A stretch of DNA of 58,527 nucleotides, the filler included, from Basidioascus undulatus (lineage: Eukaryota), in the NCBI GenBank assembly GCA_000826855.1. It is 4 parts of 4 records of this genome, joined end to end, with 100 filler letters (N's around TTAATTAATTAA, not from the genome) between each part and the next. Parts side by side here need not be neighbours in the genome. Positions count along the whole stretch, not along the records: positions 19,225 to 48,926 come from JTLS01000125.1; 3 more parts are not named here. One strand, given 5' to 3'. Within the stretch, counting starts at the first letter, position 1. Each line of letters starts with the position of its first letter. The position numbers and the translations under genes were made by a program. A model generated the notes under the pieces. That model saw nothing but the letters and a program-made list of their open reading frames with translations, had not been told where the DNA came from and made no database searches. Positions 22,078 to 36,026 of the stretch are shown here, one piece after another.

Positions 22078-25000
22078 TTACTGTAGAAGAACATCAGCAC
22101 GCGCACAAAAAGGCCCGAAAGTGAGGGCACGTACCTCCTCCATCTCCTCGTCACTCTCCTCCTCCTCAGACGACTCTGTGCCCTCCGCGACGTCCAGGGG
22201 CTCGATGGGGAAGTCCTCTGCATCGCACGTCAGCAAAATTCCTTATTGCAACAACGTAAGAGTGACGTACGGTCTGCGCCCACGACGCTGTCGGAGATGA
22301 GGTACAGCTTGAGGTTCTCGTAGCGCCCTTCCTCTTCGAGGGTGATTTGTAGCTGGAACGCAAGGCGGCGCGCGAGCGAGACCTTCTTGACGCCGAGAAG
22401 CTGCCTCGTCTTGGTGTCGCCGATGACGACCCACCAGTTGGCCATCTTCTTCCCGGGGTAGAACGGCGCAACGACGGTCTGGTCGATCTCGGTGTCCTCG
22501 TCCTCGTCCACCTCCTGCTCGAGTAGGATCTTGAAGGTGATGGGCGCGCCAGCTGCGAGCTGCTCGGGGCTGACGACCTCGTGCGAGACATCCACGCTCG
22601 GGTACTTGTTGACGAACGTCGCGACGTCGCGCCTGCATAACAAGATGATTTAGCCTCATAGCGCCAAGCCCGCAGTGTAGATTGGAGAAGGGCGTACATC
22701 TGCCGCTGGTCCATCTGCAAAAGCTTGTTGCGCTGCTCGTCCTCGAGCTCCATAACATCGTAGACAGTCTCGACACCGGCGGCGCGCAACCGCTTGATGG
22801 TCTGGGGACGGAGCCGTGAGCAATGCGCAACGCACAACCCACGCAATGCAAGACGAAAGAAGCGCACCTCCGTCTCGAAGTGCGGGATCTGGCGGATCGG
22901 CGGGTCCTGGTCCCACACAGCCTGAGCGGCCATTTGGCTGAGGTCCATCGCACCAAGCGCATTGAGGTACCCGCTCGACGACATGACGTCGACAGCAGCC
23001 GAAAGGAGGTTCAGGACCTTCTTCAGAATGTCGGCCTGGTCGGACGCGAGGTCGGCCGGCAGCTGGAGCCGCGAAAAGTGGGCTTGCAGCAAGATGAAGG
23101 TCTTGAAGTACGGCGACTCGAAGTCGGCCCTGTCAAGCTTGACCGGTACGCGGTCGTAAATGCGGCGGAGAATAGCAGCCTGCAAGTAGTTGTCAGCGTG
23201 CATTGCGGCCTTATCGGGATGCGCATGGACACGTACCTCGCCCTTGCGGATCGGCACGTTCTCGAACTCAGCGGCGGAAGAAACAATCTCCAGTATGCCC
23301 TTCAGCTTCGTCGTCGCCTTGAGGGAGGACTGGAACGTCTCGACGGTGATGGACGAGATGTAGTAGTCTGCCCAAAATCGGTCATTAGCGGCGCACTCCC
23401 GAGAGCAATGAAACGCAGCGTACAAGACGCGATCATGCCCAAGTTAAGCGGAAGCGTGTCCATCTCGTCCTCGACGGTGATGCACTTGGACTCGACCAAC
23501 TGGTTGAGCGTCTCCTCGACGAGCTCGGACAGCGAGTCGGACAAGTGCGTGTGCGTCGTGCCGGACAGGTCGTCTGCGGTTGCAAGTCAGCGCAGAACGG
23601 GGCGCGGGCAGAGCCTATGCACTTACAGAAGTTCGGGTTTGCCTGGATGCGCCGGTAGAAGTACGTCCAGGTGAGGTAGTCGATCGCGTCCTGCTTGTTC
23701 TCAATCGTCTTGGTGACGATCTCGGCGTTGAAGTGGTCCGCGAGGACGTATTTCAGGTGGCTCTCAACAGGGAGCGGCTCGGCGAGGAACTTCTTGAAGA
23801 AGCTGCAAGGTGATCTAAGTCAGGAACGAGCGTAGCGCGGGTAAATGAGAGAAAAGGGCGTACTCCTTCCGCGTGGACTGGCACATGAACACGCAGCGGC
23901 TGCTGGCGTCCATGGCCGGGCGCGACGCGCGGCCCATCATCTGAAGAACGTCCGTGACCGGGTAGTCGATGTACCGGTGCTCGCGGCCCTCGAACGACTG
24001 GACGCCCATGATGATGACCATGTACGCGCGCAGCGGAATGCTCCACGCGACGTCCTAACGATCCGATCAAAAGCGGGTCAGCGAAGAGCTTAAGAAAGAG
24101 GAGAACATAACAGAAGAAGCACCTTCGACGCCACGAGAACCTGCACAGCGCCAGACTCGAAGAGGCGCTCAACGATGACTTTGTCCTGGTTGCTGAGCCC
24201 CTCGTGGTAGAAGGCGATGCCGTACGACAGCGTCTCGCGCAGGCCCGAGTCGGAGATGTGCTCGAGGTGCGGCTCGAGGTCGGCCGGCTCGATGTTGAGG
24301 AAGCGCTTCGGGTCGTCGTCGGCGAGGCAGTACGTGAGGATGTCGGACGCGGTGAGGCGACACTGCTTGCGCGACGGAACGAAGGCGATAACCGGGCGCC
24401 CGCCTGCCCACTCGGTGATGGAGAGGTACGCCGGCTTGGCCATCGCCAGCATGAGCGACGGGAAGTGCGGCGTGGAGAAGGTCTGCAGGTGCACTTCGAG
24501 GGGCAAAGGACGCGCGCTAATGATGCAGAAGTTAGCAATCGTACCATGGACGAAACAACCGCTCCGGCAGTAGACGTACCTGGGCGCGAAGTTGAAGACG
24601 TTCTGAGAGCTGGCGCCGATCCAGTCGCCGAGGTCGCGTGCGTTTGCGAGGGAGACGCCGCACGCGACGAGGCGCGTCGGAGTTTCCGTCTGCGCAGCGA
24701 TGTAGCGCGCGCGCGAGATGATGATCTCGTACGTAGGACCGATCTCCGACGAGCCGACGAGCTGAACCTCGTCCGCGATAATCAAGCCGACCTTCGTGAC
24801 GTTCTTGCGCTGCTTCCACCGGCGCGAGAGCATGTCCCACTGTGCAAGTTCGAAAGTCAGCTATCGCATCGAGCGGCAGGGACAGTACTGCTACGCACGT
24901 GCGTCGGCGTCGCGACAATGACGTCGCCCTTCTCGAGCAGCTTGAGGTCGGCGGACATGTCGCCCGTGAGACCGACGATCTCCTTGCCGCCGCCAACGTT

Positions 25001-28000
25001 CCCGAACTTCTTGCTCCACTGAGCGACGCGCTGCTCGACCATGTCGCCGTACGGCTCAATGACGACCGCGCGAGACGCTTGCGGTTTGGACCACAAGCGG
25101 AGGAGTGCAAACTCGGCGCAGATCGTCTTGCCGCTGCCCGTGGGCGCGGCGATGATCGCGTTGCCGTCCGCGGCGTAAAGAGCTTGGAAACATTGCGTCT
25201 GAATCTTGTTGAATTGCGCGACAGAGTCGGCGTAGATCGCCTCGTACTCCTTGTTGTGAAGCGCCGAGACCGGGAGCGGCTGCAGGTCGAGCAGCGGCGT
25301 CGGCGGCGGGAACTTCTCGGGGAGGATGAGGTGTTTGAACGAGACGGGCAGACGCGTCTCCGAGTGGAGCCACCGGTCCGAGACGACGCTAATATAGTAG
25401 TTGGGCGGGACAGGCTCGGTCATCGGCACGGTCAGCGAGACGTAGTGGTCATCCGTCGCGTAGCGCTGCCGAAGAAGGAACTGGTCGTGGAAGAGGATGG
25501 TCTCGCCGTCGACGTCCTCGACGATGATCCAGAACGCCTCTGCGGTGCCGTGGAAGCGCTCGTCCCAAGCGAAGTCGGGCGTGATGGTGAGGTCGATGCG
25601 GAGGAGGGAGCGGGTGATCGGCAGAACGCCGGCCTGGACGCTGTAAAAGTGGAACCAGGCAGCCTTGTTAGGTATGAGACCGGTAGGAACGACGAGCAGA
25701 ATGCTTACATAAGCTTTGGGAACTGGTGGACGAGCTTGTGGACGAGCTTGCCGGCCTTGGGAAGGCCGAGCAGCTCGCCGATCTCGGGCGGCTCGAGGTC
25801 GGCGTACCGGTACCACGGCTGAAATGCACGTTTGGGTCAGTACATGGACATCAGCGGTGCTCAAAAGGAAATGCCACGTACGAACTCCTTCCGCTCGGCC
25901 TTCTTGATGACCTCGGCGGGACAACCCTTGAACTGCCGAAGCGGGGTCATCGAGGGCCACCTGTAGCGAAGCTCATGGTCAGATCATCGTTACAGCAGAC
26001 GACAGCTGGACGACACGCACAGCTTCTTCTCGACCATCTTACACAGGTCCAAGGCCTCGTGCGTCAGCGCCGCCCACCCGCGCTTGAGGCAGATCTCGAA
26101 GATCGCGCGCAAGATACTGGTTCAAACGCACGAGAGTCAGCGTCTCTTTTCCAACAGTCGTATCACGAGTGTATCTCACCGTCCAGCGCTCTGCTGCACG
26201 AACACCATGTCGGTGTTGAGCGCGAAACCGTCCAGCCGCAGGTCGGAGATGTAGGCCTGAAGCAGGACGTTGATCTTGGCGGTCGGCTCATCCACGCTCT
26301 CCTTGACGGGGATGGGAACGCGCTCGAGCAGCTTGCCGAGCTCGATCTTCTCCTCCTGACGAACCTGTGGGCGGAAGACATCACGCTCAGCAAGTTTCGC
26401 GGTGCGCGCAGTCCCACGGCAAGCGCAAGCGAGACTTACGGGAATGAGCTTGAACTCGTTCGAGAGCGCGAAGACACGGAAGATCTCGATGATGCCCATC
26501 GTCGGGCGCAGGTGCTGGATGTACGCCGACATGGACGAGTACGTGACGTAGTAGTGCGACGCAATGCGGCCGAGCTCGGTGCTCTGGAAGATGCCCGTCT
26601 TGCGGTCGTACTTGATCAGCCCGCCCTTGTCGAGAACCGCGGCGGCGGTGTGGATAATGTCGGCGCGCTTCTGGACGAGCGCGGTGTCGTCGTCGTAGTC
26701 AGCGCCGACGCTATAGAGGCTGGGGGTGCGGAGCATCCGGACGTAGACTAAAGAGGGAAAGGAGTCAGTCAGCCATCGAGCTTGAGAATCGACATAGCCC
26801 GGAGCACGACGTACGGTACGTGTAGCCGAGCCACTGAACGGCCTCGTCGCGGTTGCGGATCGTGCCGAGGACGATCTCGGCGTTGAGATTGTCGACGAGC
26901 TTGGAGACGAACTGGCTCTCGATCGGGAGCTGCTGATTGAGGAGCGAGAGGTAGTACTGGAGCTCGGTGTGGTTCGTGATGATGATGCCCTCGCCGAACG
27001 TGTCGTACTGTGGGCGACCGGCGCGACCGAGCATCTGGAGGACGTCCTGCGGCGAGAGCTCCGTCCAGCGGCCCTTCTCGGGGTTGTAGATCTGCGTGCC
27101 CTTGATGATGACGGTGTGCGCGGGGAGGTTGACGCCCCACGCGAGCGTCGCGGTACAGACGAGGACCTGGAGGTGCTTGTTGTCGAAGAGCTCTTCGACA
27201 GTCGTCCGGTCCTTGCGGTTCATGCCGGCGTGGTGGATGCCGAAGCCGAACGGCAGGAGATCCTTGAGGTTGCCGTCCGTCGCGCCGTCGGCTTCCTCCT
27301 GGAGGATGAGGCGCGACGCCGAGTCGGGGTTGACGAAATGCGTGATCGTCTCCTTCTCGAGCGCGAGGTCGCGGAGGAACTTGGCCGTCTTCGCCGTCTC
27401 CTTGCGCGAGTGGACAAAGATGATCGTCTGGTTCTTGCCCGCCTGCTCGAGGACTTTCTCGTAGCAGACCTCGTTCATCGTCTGGAAGCGCTTGATCGCC
27501 TTCTTCTCGGTGACGCCGATGAACTGCTGCTGGAGCGGGCACGGGCGGTACGACGAGTCGAAGTAGAAGAGGCCCTTCTTGACGTCGACGCGGAGGAACG
27601 TGGCGACGTCCTGGTAGTTCGGCAGCGTCGCCGAGAGACCGACGAGGCGGACGTACTCCTGCGTCTGCTCCATGCGGCGAATCGTGCGAGCGATGATGCT
27701 CTCGAGCACGGGGCCGCGGTCGTCGTGGAGGAGGTGGATCTCGTCGATGATGAGGAGGCGGACGAGGTTCGTGTACGACGTGTCGGTGCTCTTGCGCGTG
27801 ATGACGTCCCACTTCTCGGGCGTCGTGACGATGATCTGCGTCTCGGCGATCTGCTGCTTCGTGAGCTGGCTGTCGCCAGTGAGCTCGCCGACCTGGATAC
27901 CGTACTTGTCGAGGCGCGACCGGAAGTTGCCGACCATCTCTTGGACGAGCGCCTTCATCGGCGCGACGTAGACGATCTTGAACGAGTCCTTGTCGATGAC

Positions 28001-29883
28001 GCCCGTCGCCTCGTCGCGGTATTGCGAGATGGTGTTGAGGATAGTGAGCATCGCGACGTTGGTCTGTAAATGACAGTTCCAGGGTCAGCACCGCCCACTT
28101 TTGAACAGCTCACGACACTGCGTCCAACGCACCTTGCCGGCACCGGTGGGCGCACAAAGCAGGATCGGTTCGTCCGTACCGAACGCGATCGGGTAGAGCT
28201 TGCTCTGGACGCGGTTGAGGGTCGGGTGGATGAAGGCGTCGTGCGCCCACGTCGGCATGGACGCGACGGGCACGAGCTCGTCCGGCTCGGCGGGCTTCGG
28301 CTTGGGCGCGGGGACGTGGATCTCCTCGTAGCCCTTCTTCGACCGCTTGAACGAGCCCTCGGGCAGCTTGACCTTCTTGTTGCTCATGAGGTGCCCGCCC
28401 GCCTGGAATGCCATACCCTCCAGGTCGACCGTCCGGCGCGGCTGGGCAGTCGAGCCGGGCGCGAGCGTCGCGGTCGTCGGCACCGCCTTGGCCGCGGCCT
28501 TCGGGTCGATGTCCATCGGCTGCGCAGCGGCGGGCTTGCCGCGCTCGCCCTTGAGCTCGCGAAGGATCCAACCGACACCCTTCTCGCGCATCGCGACCTC
28601 AATGTCGACGCGCTCGTCGTCGGACGCACGCGCAAGCTTCGTGCACCACACGATGGGCTGGCGATTGCGAAGCAGCGTCTGGACGGTCTTGAACTTGGCG
28701 CGGTCGTAGTCGAAGAGGTCCATGAGCTCGTTCTCGACGTCGCGGGGGTTGAGCTCGGACGAGAGGAGCTCGAGCGCGCGCGCAGTCTTCTCGGTCGTCT
28801 CGACGGGATCAGGGTAGTGCTTCGCAATGAGACGCTGGAGCCAGAACGCGTCGATCTCGTGCGCCGACAGCGCCCCGTCGCGCTCCTTGCCAGCGCCGCC
28901 CGCGGCAGTCGAGTCGACGCCGATGACGAGTGCGTCCTCGCCCTCGCCCTCCGCAGGCGGCTGCTCCTCGTCCTCCGCGCGGCCTTCCTCGTCCTCCTCA
29001 TCCTCCTCGTCGCGGATCTCGTAACCCTCGGCCTCCTCGTCCTCTTCATCGCTCTCGCCCTCGAACATGAGCGCGACTCCGTCGTCGTCGATCGCGCCCT
29101 CGCGGCGCTCAACGTCCGGGCCCGCCATCGTCTCGTCGGCGTCGCCGTAGTCGGTGATCTTCTTGGACAGGCTGACGAGCTGCGAGAAGGTATCGTTCGC
29201 GAGCGGCCCAGTGAACTCCTCGATCTCGCGCTTCTTGTCGAAGTCCTTCAGCGAGTCGTTCTTCAGGATTTCGAGGGCGCTGTCGGCGGCGGAGCGGACG
29301 ATGTCCTGGGATAGGTCGCCTAGCACGCGGTGGATGGCGGACAGGAGAAGCTCGTACACCTCGCGCGTCTCGGCGGTGCGCGGGCGGTACGCCAAGCCCT
29401 CCATGTCCGCCGTCGCCTCGAGGATGTCGTGGTAGCCGAACCCGCGATCCGCGCCAGTCGCCGCGGCCTTACGGCGACCTCCGTCCTCCGCCGCCTGGGC
29501 AGCTGCCTTGCGCTTCTTCCTGCAATGTATTGCCCCCATCAGAACACCTTACCGAGAACCAATCATGAGAGTACGCACTTGTCCATGTCCTTCACACTCT
29601 CACGCTGGGCGCGACTACCCATCTCCTTCATGGACACCCGACCCGCCAAGGACTCGGCCTGGCCTGTCGGCTCGTTGTCGCGACGGCGTCCACCCTGAGA
29701 GGTCAGCACTGGAGACGAACACGTAAGCACTGGCTCGACGCAAGGGGAGAGTGGGATGTCACGTACCCAGCGAAGACATCGCCTGGTCTGAAGCAGAGTC
29801 GTCAGTACGGCATCCCGGGGCCATGGTTAACAAATGAACATACACTGAAACTCCTTGTGCTGCGTCTCTCCTGCCTTCGACAT
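22078..29883 (-). CDS. BRR2: U5 snRNP 200-kDa RNA helicase Brr2, multi-exon
   Basis: N-terminus [20 protein letters not shown]. Cassette 1 has APTGAGK and [17 protein letters not shown]; cassette 2 has APTGSGKT and IIADEVQL. Sec63-like regions and an acidic tail EESDEEMEE| precede TAA at 22078-22080. Confidence 0.97.
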
Positions 29884-30685
29884 CGTGGCCGTCTATGCCT
29901 TCTGCGTCTCTCGGGGATAAGATGGGGGGCGCCGGCTGGGCGGGGTGCGCGGTCCGGTAGCTGCAGCGAGGGAGCGTTGGGCGGAAGATGGGGACGACGA
30001 ATGGCCACGGTTGTGTGAAGAGAGTCGTATAGAGTTATGAACCGTGTGAAGAAGGCGCAGCGATATGAGTGAATGATGTGAGATGAGTCGGCGATCGATG
30101 TGGCGAAGGGTGAAGGAAGACGTGCAGATGGGATTGTCAGCCTCCCTCTCGGCCGGTACATTTGAGACCTGGACTTACAGAAAAGTACAAATCAGACGTT
30201 AAACAGAAACTCGTGAAACGCGGTGGGAGGATACGCGAGATGAGAGGAAGACTGCCCCGGCTAGGCCTAGGGGATATGAGCGTGTGAGGCGAGAGTGATG
30301 GAGACGCGCGAGGAAGCCGAAGGCGCGCCTCGGTATCGGCCTTCCCTTTCGGGAGTCGCATTTCTTTGAAGATGCGCGTTGCACTGTAGTTCACCCTCCT
30401 TCCCCTTGCTGGGACAGCTAATGCAGGAGCGAGGTTTATAAAAAAATTTGAAACAAAATTACAGCTTCTGAAGGCTCCCAGATCAGAGGCAACAACTCGT
30501 GAAGCGTTTGAGCCGCCGCTTCTACTGCGTCGCGGTGGTTCGACTTCCATGCGGCACTTTGTTTCTGACAATCTCCCGGAGTGGTTGGAAGTTCGGAACA
30601 CTCTTGTTCTACGTTGAACCACAGCGGTGGGAACCACGTGGTAGGGATGTGCAGCAGAAACAACCAGAAAGTGGATGCGAGAGAG

Positions 30686-32692
30686 TCAACGAGTATGTGC
30701 AGTTCCTCCACCCTTTTTCCACATGTCTCGTAAACTCGGGTGTCTAATCTCTTCACCTCTAGGATGGACGACCTGCTCCCGGCTGACAGACCAGAGGCTG
30801 GAATCCTTCGAAGCCGCACCCGATCCGCCGTGCCCGGCAGTCGAAGTGATGGTGTCGCTGTCGTGCTCGACTTGAACATGGACAGTGATGTCCGGAGCTT
30901 GGTCGTCCACTCCCAAATCAGTCCGGTTATGCTTCATAGTCTGAGAAGGCACTCACGGATGCTGTCGCCGTTGCCACGGTCCTTTTTGGCGTAGCCATGG
31001 AGAGAAAGTGTCGGGCGAGACCGCGAAGGGCTGCGCGATGGGTCGGTGCCGTGTTGAGCAAAGCCTGATCCGAAGGTTGACGATCGTAATTTATCCGGGC
31101 CTGCCTTGGCAACAGGAAACTCAGGATGCGCTGCCTACCTTGCAGGTTCAGGATCAAGCGCTGCGACATGACCTGCCGGACCGGCGTTCAACGTTCAACC
31201 CACGCCTTGAATCTCCTTTGGGTCTCAAAACGCGTACCATCGTGATAGTGATAGCCAGCGGGGAGCACATTCCCTGAGTATGCAAGCTCAGACCCTGGTC
31301 GGAAGAGCAACTCAGGCAGAACTCACCTGTATTGTAGTGTTGCTCTGAGCAAACAGAACAGCGTTGAGGATGTTGACCACTGCCAGCGACTTTCCAGTCA
31401 GCTCCGTCCGCACGCTCTTCGTCTTTGGACTCACATGCAACAGCCACGAAGTACTCTACCACAGTCAATTTTTTGCCTCAGTCTCTGTACTATGTTCAGG
31501 TTGGGGAAGAGACGCTCACGGATGCCTTGTCGGCGAACCATTCGCGCGAAATCGCTGAGCCTGCAGGGAACAATGCTCAGTCACCGTCAGTCGCCTCAAA
31601 CATGAAGTTGGTGAAAGCAGGCAGACGAACCCAGCGCTGCCCTTCTTAGTCTTATGCAATGCCCAGCTAGCGACGAGGACAGCCGCCAAGTCAAAGACCC
31701 TGGAAAGAGACACATAAGTCTCCTGCGACCCCTCTTACTCTTGGGAGGAACTCGCAACACCGCTACATAGAACCTGCCCAGCGCTGTTTAGCTATCGCTG
31801 TTCTGAACAATGCAGGCGATGACGTACACCCATGCCACTTCCCGCCCTTTTGCGTCCGCCGACACGCATTGCCCTCCTTCGTTGTTGGCTGTCTTGTAGT
31901 TTGAGTTTTAATCAAGCGGTGAGATGAGCAGAGAGTCACCTACGCTCTCTCCCGAAGACGTTTCCCAGGATCTCCGGCTTCACCCAAAGACGTGAGAAGA
32001 CGGCCTAAGTCAGGGTGGAGCGACGACTCACACCAAGGCAGAGGACAAGCAAAGCCGAGAGTGACCATGTCGCCCATTTCTGGTGCCTGGCTATTGCAGA
32101 AGTTCTGCACCTCCCAAAGGCCTCAGTGGAAGCTGGGCTCAATAGGTACTTTGCTGCCACGCACCGGACGAGAATGATCAACTGCGAGCAGAGTGCTGCG
32201 AGCACTGGCAGGGTGTCCCCATGAACTGATAATTTATAGGAGAACGACATGTCGAAAAGGTACTCACATTTTGTTACCGGTGCGACATGGACGAACCGTC
32301 GACACTCCGCCTCGAAGAAGCGTGTCGAGAAGAAGCCGACTGCGTTCTGTGCTCACATCATCATATTCCAGCCTCGTGCACTGGTAAGGTGAAGGCATAC
32401 CGTAATGAGAGCAACTGCACTCATGTAGCTGTTTTATTGATCAGTACTGCTCTTGTGTAACTGACACCTTCTCAACACCTACCGAACCAGGAAAAACAGG
32501 CCAGATCCCAACGACACGACACCTCGTTCGTACGCCCGGAGGTAAATCCGAGCCTCCCCCGGTATGGTGGAGAGGTAGCTAGAAAACGTCAGCTATGAAA
32601 CGATCAGTAGAGAGAACTTGGACTCACTCCCATAATGCTACCGAGTACGCGCTGACGCGCAAGAACGCCGAAACTTCACGCAGGTTGGGCAT
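30686..32692 (-). pseudogene. Second DUF6533-type multi-pass membrane protein, probably frameshifted
   Basis: MPNLREVSAFLRVSAYSVALW|DYLSTIPGEARIY..LFFLVR|YMSAVALIT|..AECRRFVHVAP|..SQLIILVRC|VFDLAAVLVA|RRQGI|YFVAVA|VNILNAVLF|SQRLILNLQ. There is an apparent frame shift near 32330. Confidence 0.65.
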
Positions 32693-33521
32693 GCCTCTCG
32701 ACTGCCACATCGGGGGAGAACCAGAGCGGATGGTAAAGGACATCGATGTGTATTATGAGACTCTTGTGATCCGCAAAGCTCGGCCTCCCACGTACTTTGC
32801 TTCGGTGTACGCGGTGTTGCTTATGTCGACGGTCGAGGTTGGCTGCGGATGTGTCTATTTTCAGGGGCGAGGACAGGACAGTGATGGTCACGCGAGGAGG
32901 ACGCGAGCGATTGAGCGATGGGCGGGCCGGCACAGCCGCTGTGTAAACGTCGACATCGAGCCCTCGAAACACCTGCAGATCAGGCCGGTGAAAGATCAAG
33001 CCGGTGAAAACGAAGGTCCCACAAGATGAATCTATGGGAGGGACTCTTGGCGAGGCGGAATTGGGTGTCAGACGGCTGTCTGCACCAAGACAGGAAGTTT
33101 CACTCTTTCAGTCCAGTCTTTCACATGTTCTCTCACCTCGCGGATCAGGTAAGGACATCATCTGAAACTTTCTGAAACTCATCATTGGGAAGTTCCTTTC
33201 TGACTTCTTCAAAACGAAAGCCAACGTTGGCGGCGCTAGGCCGATTGTCTCGTGAGCGCCGAGAACATTCATTTCCCTGACCTTTTCACCCTCCTGCTGC
33301 CGGCCCTTCTGCACTTCGAGTCGGGTGAACTTCTTCCAAAAGTGTCACGCCTACGCAGCGCCCTGGATTGCCCCCCAGACGATCCCGCTGCGCCAGGCAG
33401 CTCACTGCAGCTACGAACCCAACTGCGACGGACAGTTCGTAATGACTAGTTCCGGCGGTCCCTGTATGCGTGTCCGGCTACGGGAAGATAGTGCAATAAT
33501 AAGATCAATGCAAGGAACCAT

Positions 33522-35720
33522 TTAAGCGGCCGGTTCTACTGCTGCCGTCTTCGCGTCCTCCTCTACCGCGCCAGCCCCGCCATCGCCTCCCTTCCACATT
33601 TTCCCCTGCCCCTTCTCCTTCCTGACCTTCCTCCTCTCCGTCGCCCTCTCCTTCCTCACGCGCTCCTTCGTCTCATGCCCCTCGCAGCCCTTCCCCTCGC
33701 CGGTCCCGTCCCACACCCCTCCCTCCGCCTCGACGCCCATGCGCCTACAGCAGTTCAGGCATGCATGGCGGGCGCACCGCGCAGCCGCGAGTGACTGGCA
33801 CGACGCGCCGGCGCACACGGTCGGCGTCGGCTGGTGTCGCTTCGGGTCCGTCAAGGAGGCGGAGGGGGAGAGCGGCCGCTTGAGAGGAGGGTGCGAGGGG
33901 TCGTCCGCGAGCGCTACGACGGCGTCGGCTTGCTCAGCGGAGGCGAGGTCCGCGGAGATGGACGGCGTGGCCGAGGATGGGGGGGCGAGAGGGCGGAAGT
34001 ACGGCTGTGCGAGCCAGTGCGGGAGCGTGCGGTACCCGTTCTCGAGGGGCGGGATCGGCTGGGGCTCGCCGCCTGACAGATCGACACCTGCTTCCTTGGC
34101 GTCCTTCTGTATAGCGTAATCGCCCGTGAGCGCACTTCGCAACATATGCGCTTCGTAAGATACGCACCTCCAAGATGACTTTGAACTCCTCCACGAGCCG
34201 TTCCCACGCTTCCAGCCCGCTGCACGTGCCGAGCCGCTCGCGGAACTCGGGGTACTTACCCAGCGCGGGCTTGAACAGCTTGAACAGGTGCGACTTGATC
34301 GCCGAGTTGCCCGTCTCGGTCTTCAAGCTGCGGACGATGCCGAGGTACTCTGCGGCGAGGTCCGCGCAGGGGGGGTACTGCGACGCGAAGATGGCGGGGT
34401 TGTAGAGATTTCCCTGGATGAGAAGGAGGGTATGAGAAACGTGAGTTCGTCGGAATGGCAGGTGAGGCCAATAGCACACCTCAGCGGACATCACCCCGTC
34501 GCATCCCGTGTAGTCCAAGCAGCGCTGCACGTCCTCCGGGTACAGGACATTTCCGTTCGCGAACACGGGTACCTTGACAGCCTGCTTGATCGCCTTGATC
34601 TTGTCCCAGTCCGCCAGACCCTGCCCAACCAGTGCTTCAGCCAGACCATCAAAAGGCTCACGGAGGGTGCCCACGGCGCACCGTGTTATGGCCCTTCATC
34701 TCGCGCGTGCGCCCGTGGCAAGTGAGGATCTGCGCACCGGCGCGCTCGAGCATCTGCGCGTACTCGACGCTACGCTCGACAGTGGGGAAGACGCGGAACT
34801 TGGCTGTCACGGGGATGGAGAGGTTCTTGTGCAGTGTGTTGACTTTCCGCGTGCGTCGCCAGTCCCGGCTTGGCCGTCAGCGCCAATCCCATAAACGTGA
34901 AGGACGGAGCGCAGCTCACTTAGCGAGAAGACGAGGTCCCAGTCGTCTTGGAGGAAGGAGCCATAGTGGCCGCGGCGGGCGATGTGCTATAGATGAATAT
35001 GGAGAGTCAGACCGAAGAGAGCGAGTTCGGAAGAGCGAGTGAGGGCGTTACCTGCGGACAGCCCAGATTCAAGTCCACCGCATCGCAGTGCTTCTCCACC
35101 AGCTTCGCCGCAGCGAGGAGCACGTCCGGCTCGTTTGCTGCGAACTGCGCCACGCGCTTCCTGCATCAGCATACTCCTTCCCATCCTGCCCTGCCCCGAG
35201 AACCCGAGAACCCACCTGCACCACGAGCGGCCTGTCCACCTTCCCGCCCTCCTCGCCCATCTCGACGTTGAACATTTCCCGCCTGTAGTACTCGTTCTTC
35301 GGGTTCGCGAAGAGCTTGGCGTTGAACATGGGCGTGTAGGCCAGGTGCGAGTTGTACCGCCGCGAGAGGAGGCGCCAGGCCTGCGTGGGGGGTCAGACAT
35401 GCCAACGGAAGTGCTGGGACGGGGAAGAGCGTACGAGCTCGGACTGCGCGTGGGACAGAGAGACGTCAGTCTCGACTCGCAGGTCAGGGCAGTGGAAGAG
35501 CAAGACGCACCTGGTCGACCATAGGCGCCACAACCTGCGCGTCCCACCGCCCTATATGAGCCCTATCCAACCATAAGTCCCGATAGCAAGCAGCGCTCAC
35601 ATTCCTCGGGCTTCCCATCGCCCTCAACAGCTCATAGCCCTCCAACTTCTGCGGCTTCGCAGCAGCGTCCCCCGACTCCGCTGCTGCTGGAGATGGGGCG
35701 GCGGGAGTCTCGACGGTCAT
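33522..35720 (-). CDS. DUS1: tRNA-dihydrouridine synthase Dus1, multi-exon
   Basis: [87 protein letters not shown]. Confidence 0.95.
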
Positions 35721-36026
35721 GGCTGCTGCAGCGGAGGAGGAGAGGAGGCGGTGCGTGGAGTGGAGAAGTGTAAGGCGTGCGCTGTTGGCGCGAGAGAGTA
35801 GAGAAGCCAGGGTTGCGAGTCGTGTGAATGGGAGGAGCCGAGAAGGAGAGGCCGGGCCAATCACGCCCAAATTGTGCCTTGCAAGGTTGGAATGAAATGG
35901 GGCGTCGGCGATAGCGGCAGACTTCTGGTGTCGCGCCGAACAAGCAATAAGACACGCACACACCAACTCTGTCTTTGCTCTGCTGGAAATCAAGTCTCAT
36001 GAGTTCCACAACAAACTCTATTTTTA

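Noticed and set aside
22823..29314. Long plus-strand ORFs (up to 414 aa) opposite BRR2
   Set aside because: These are antisense shadows caused by high third-position GC, with no independent motifs.
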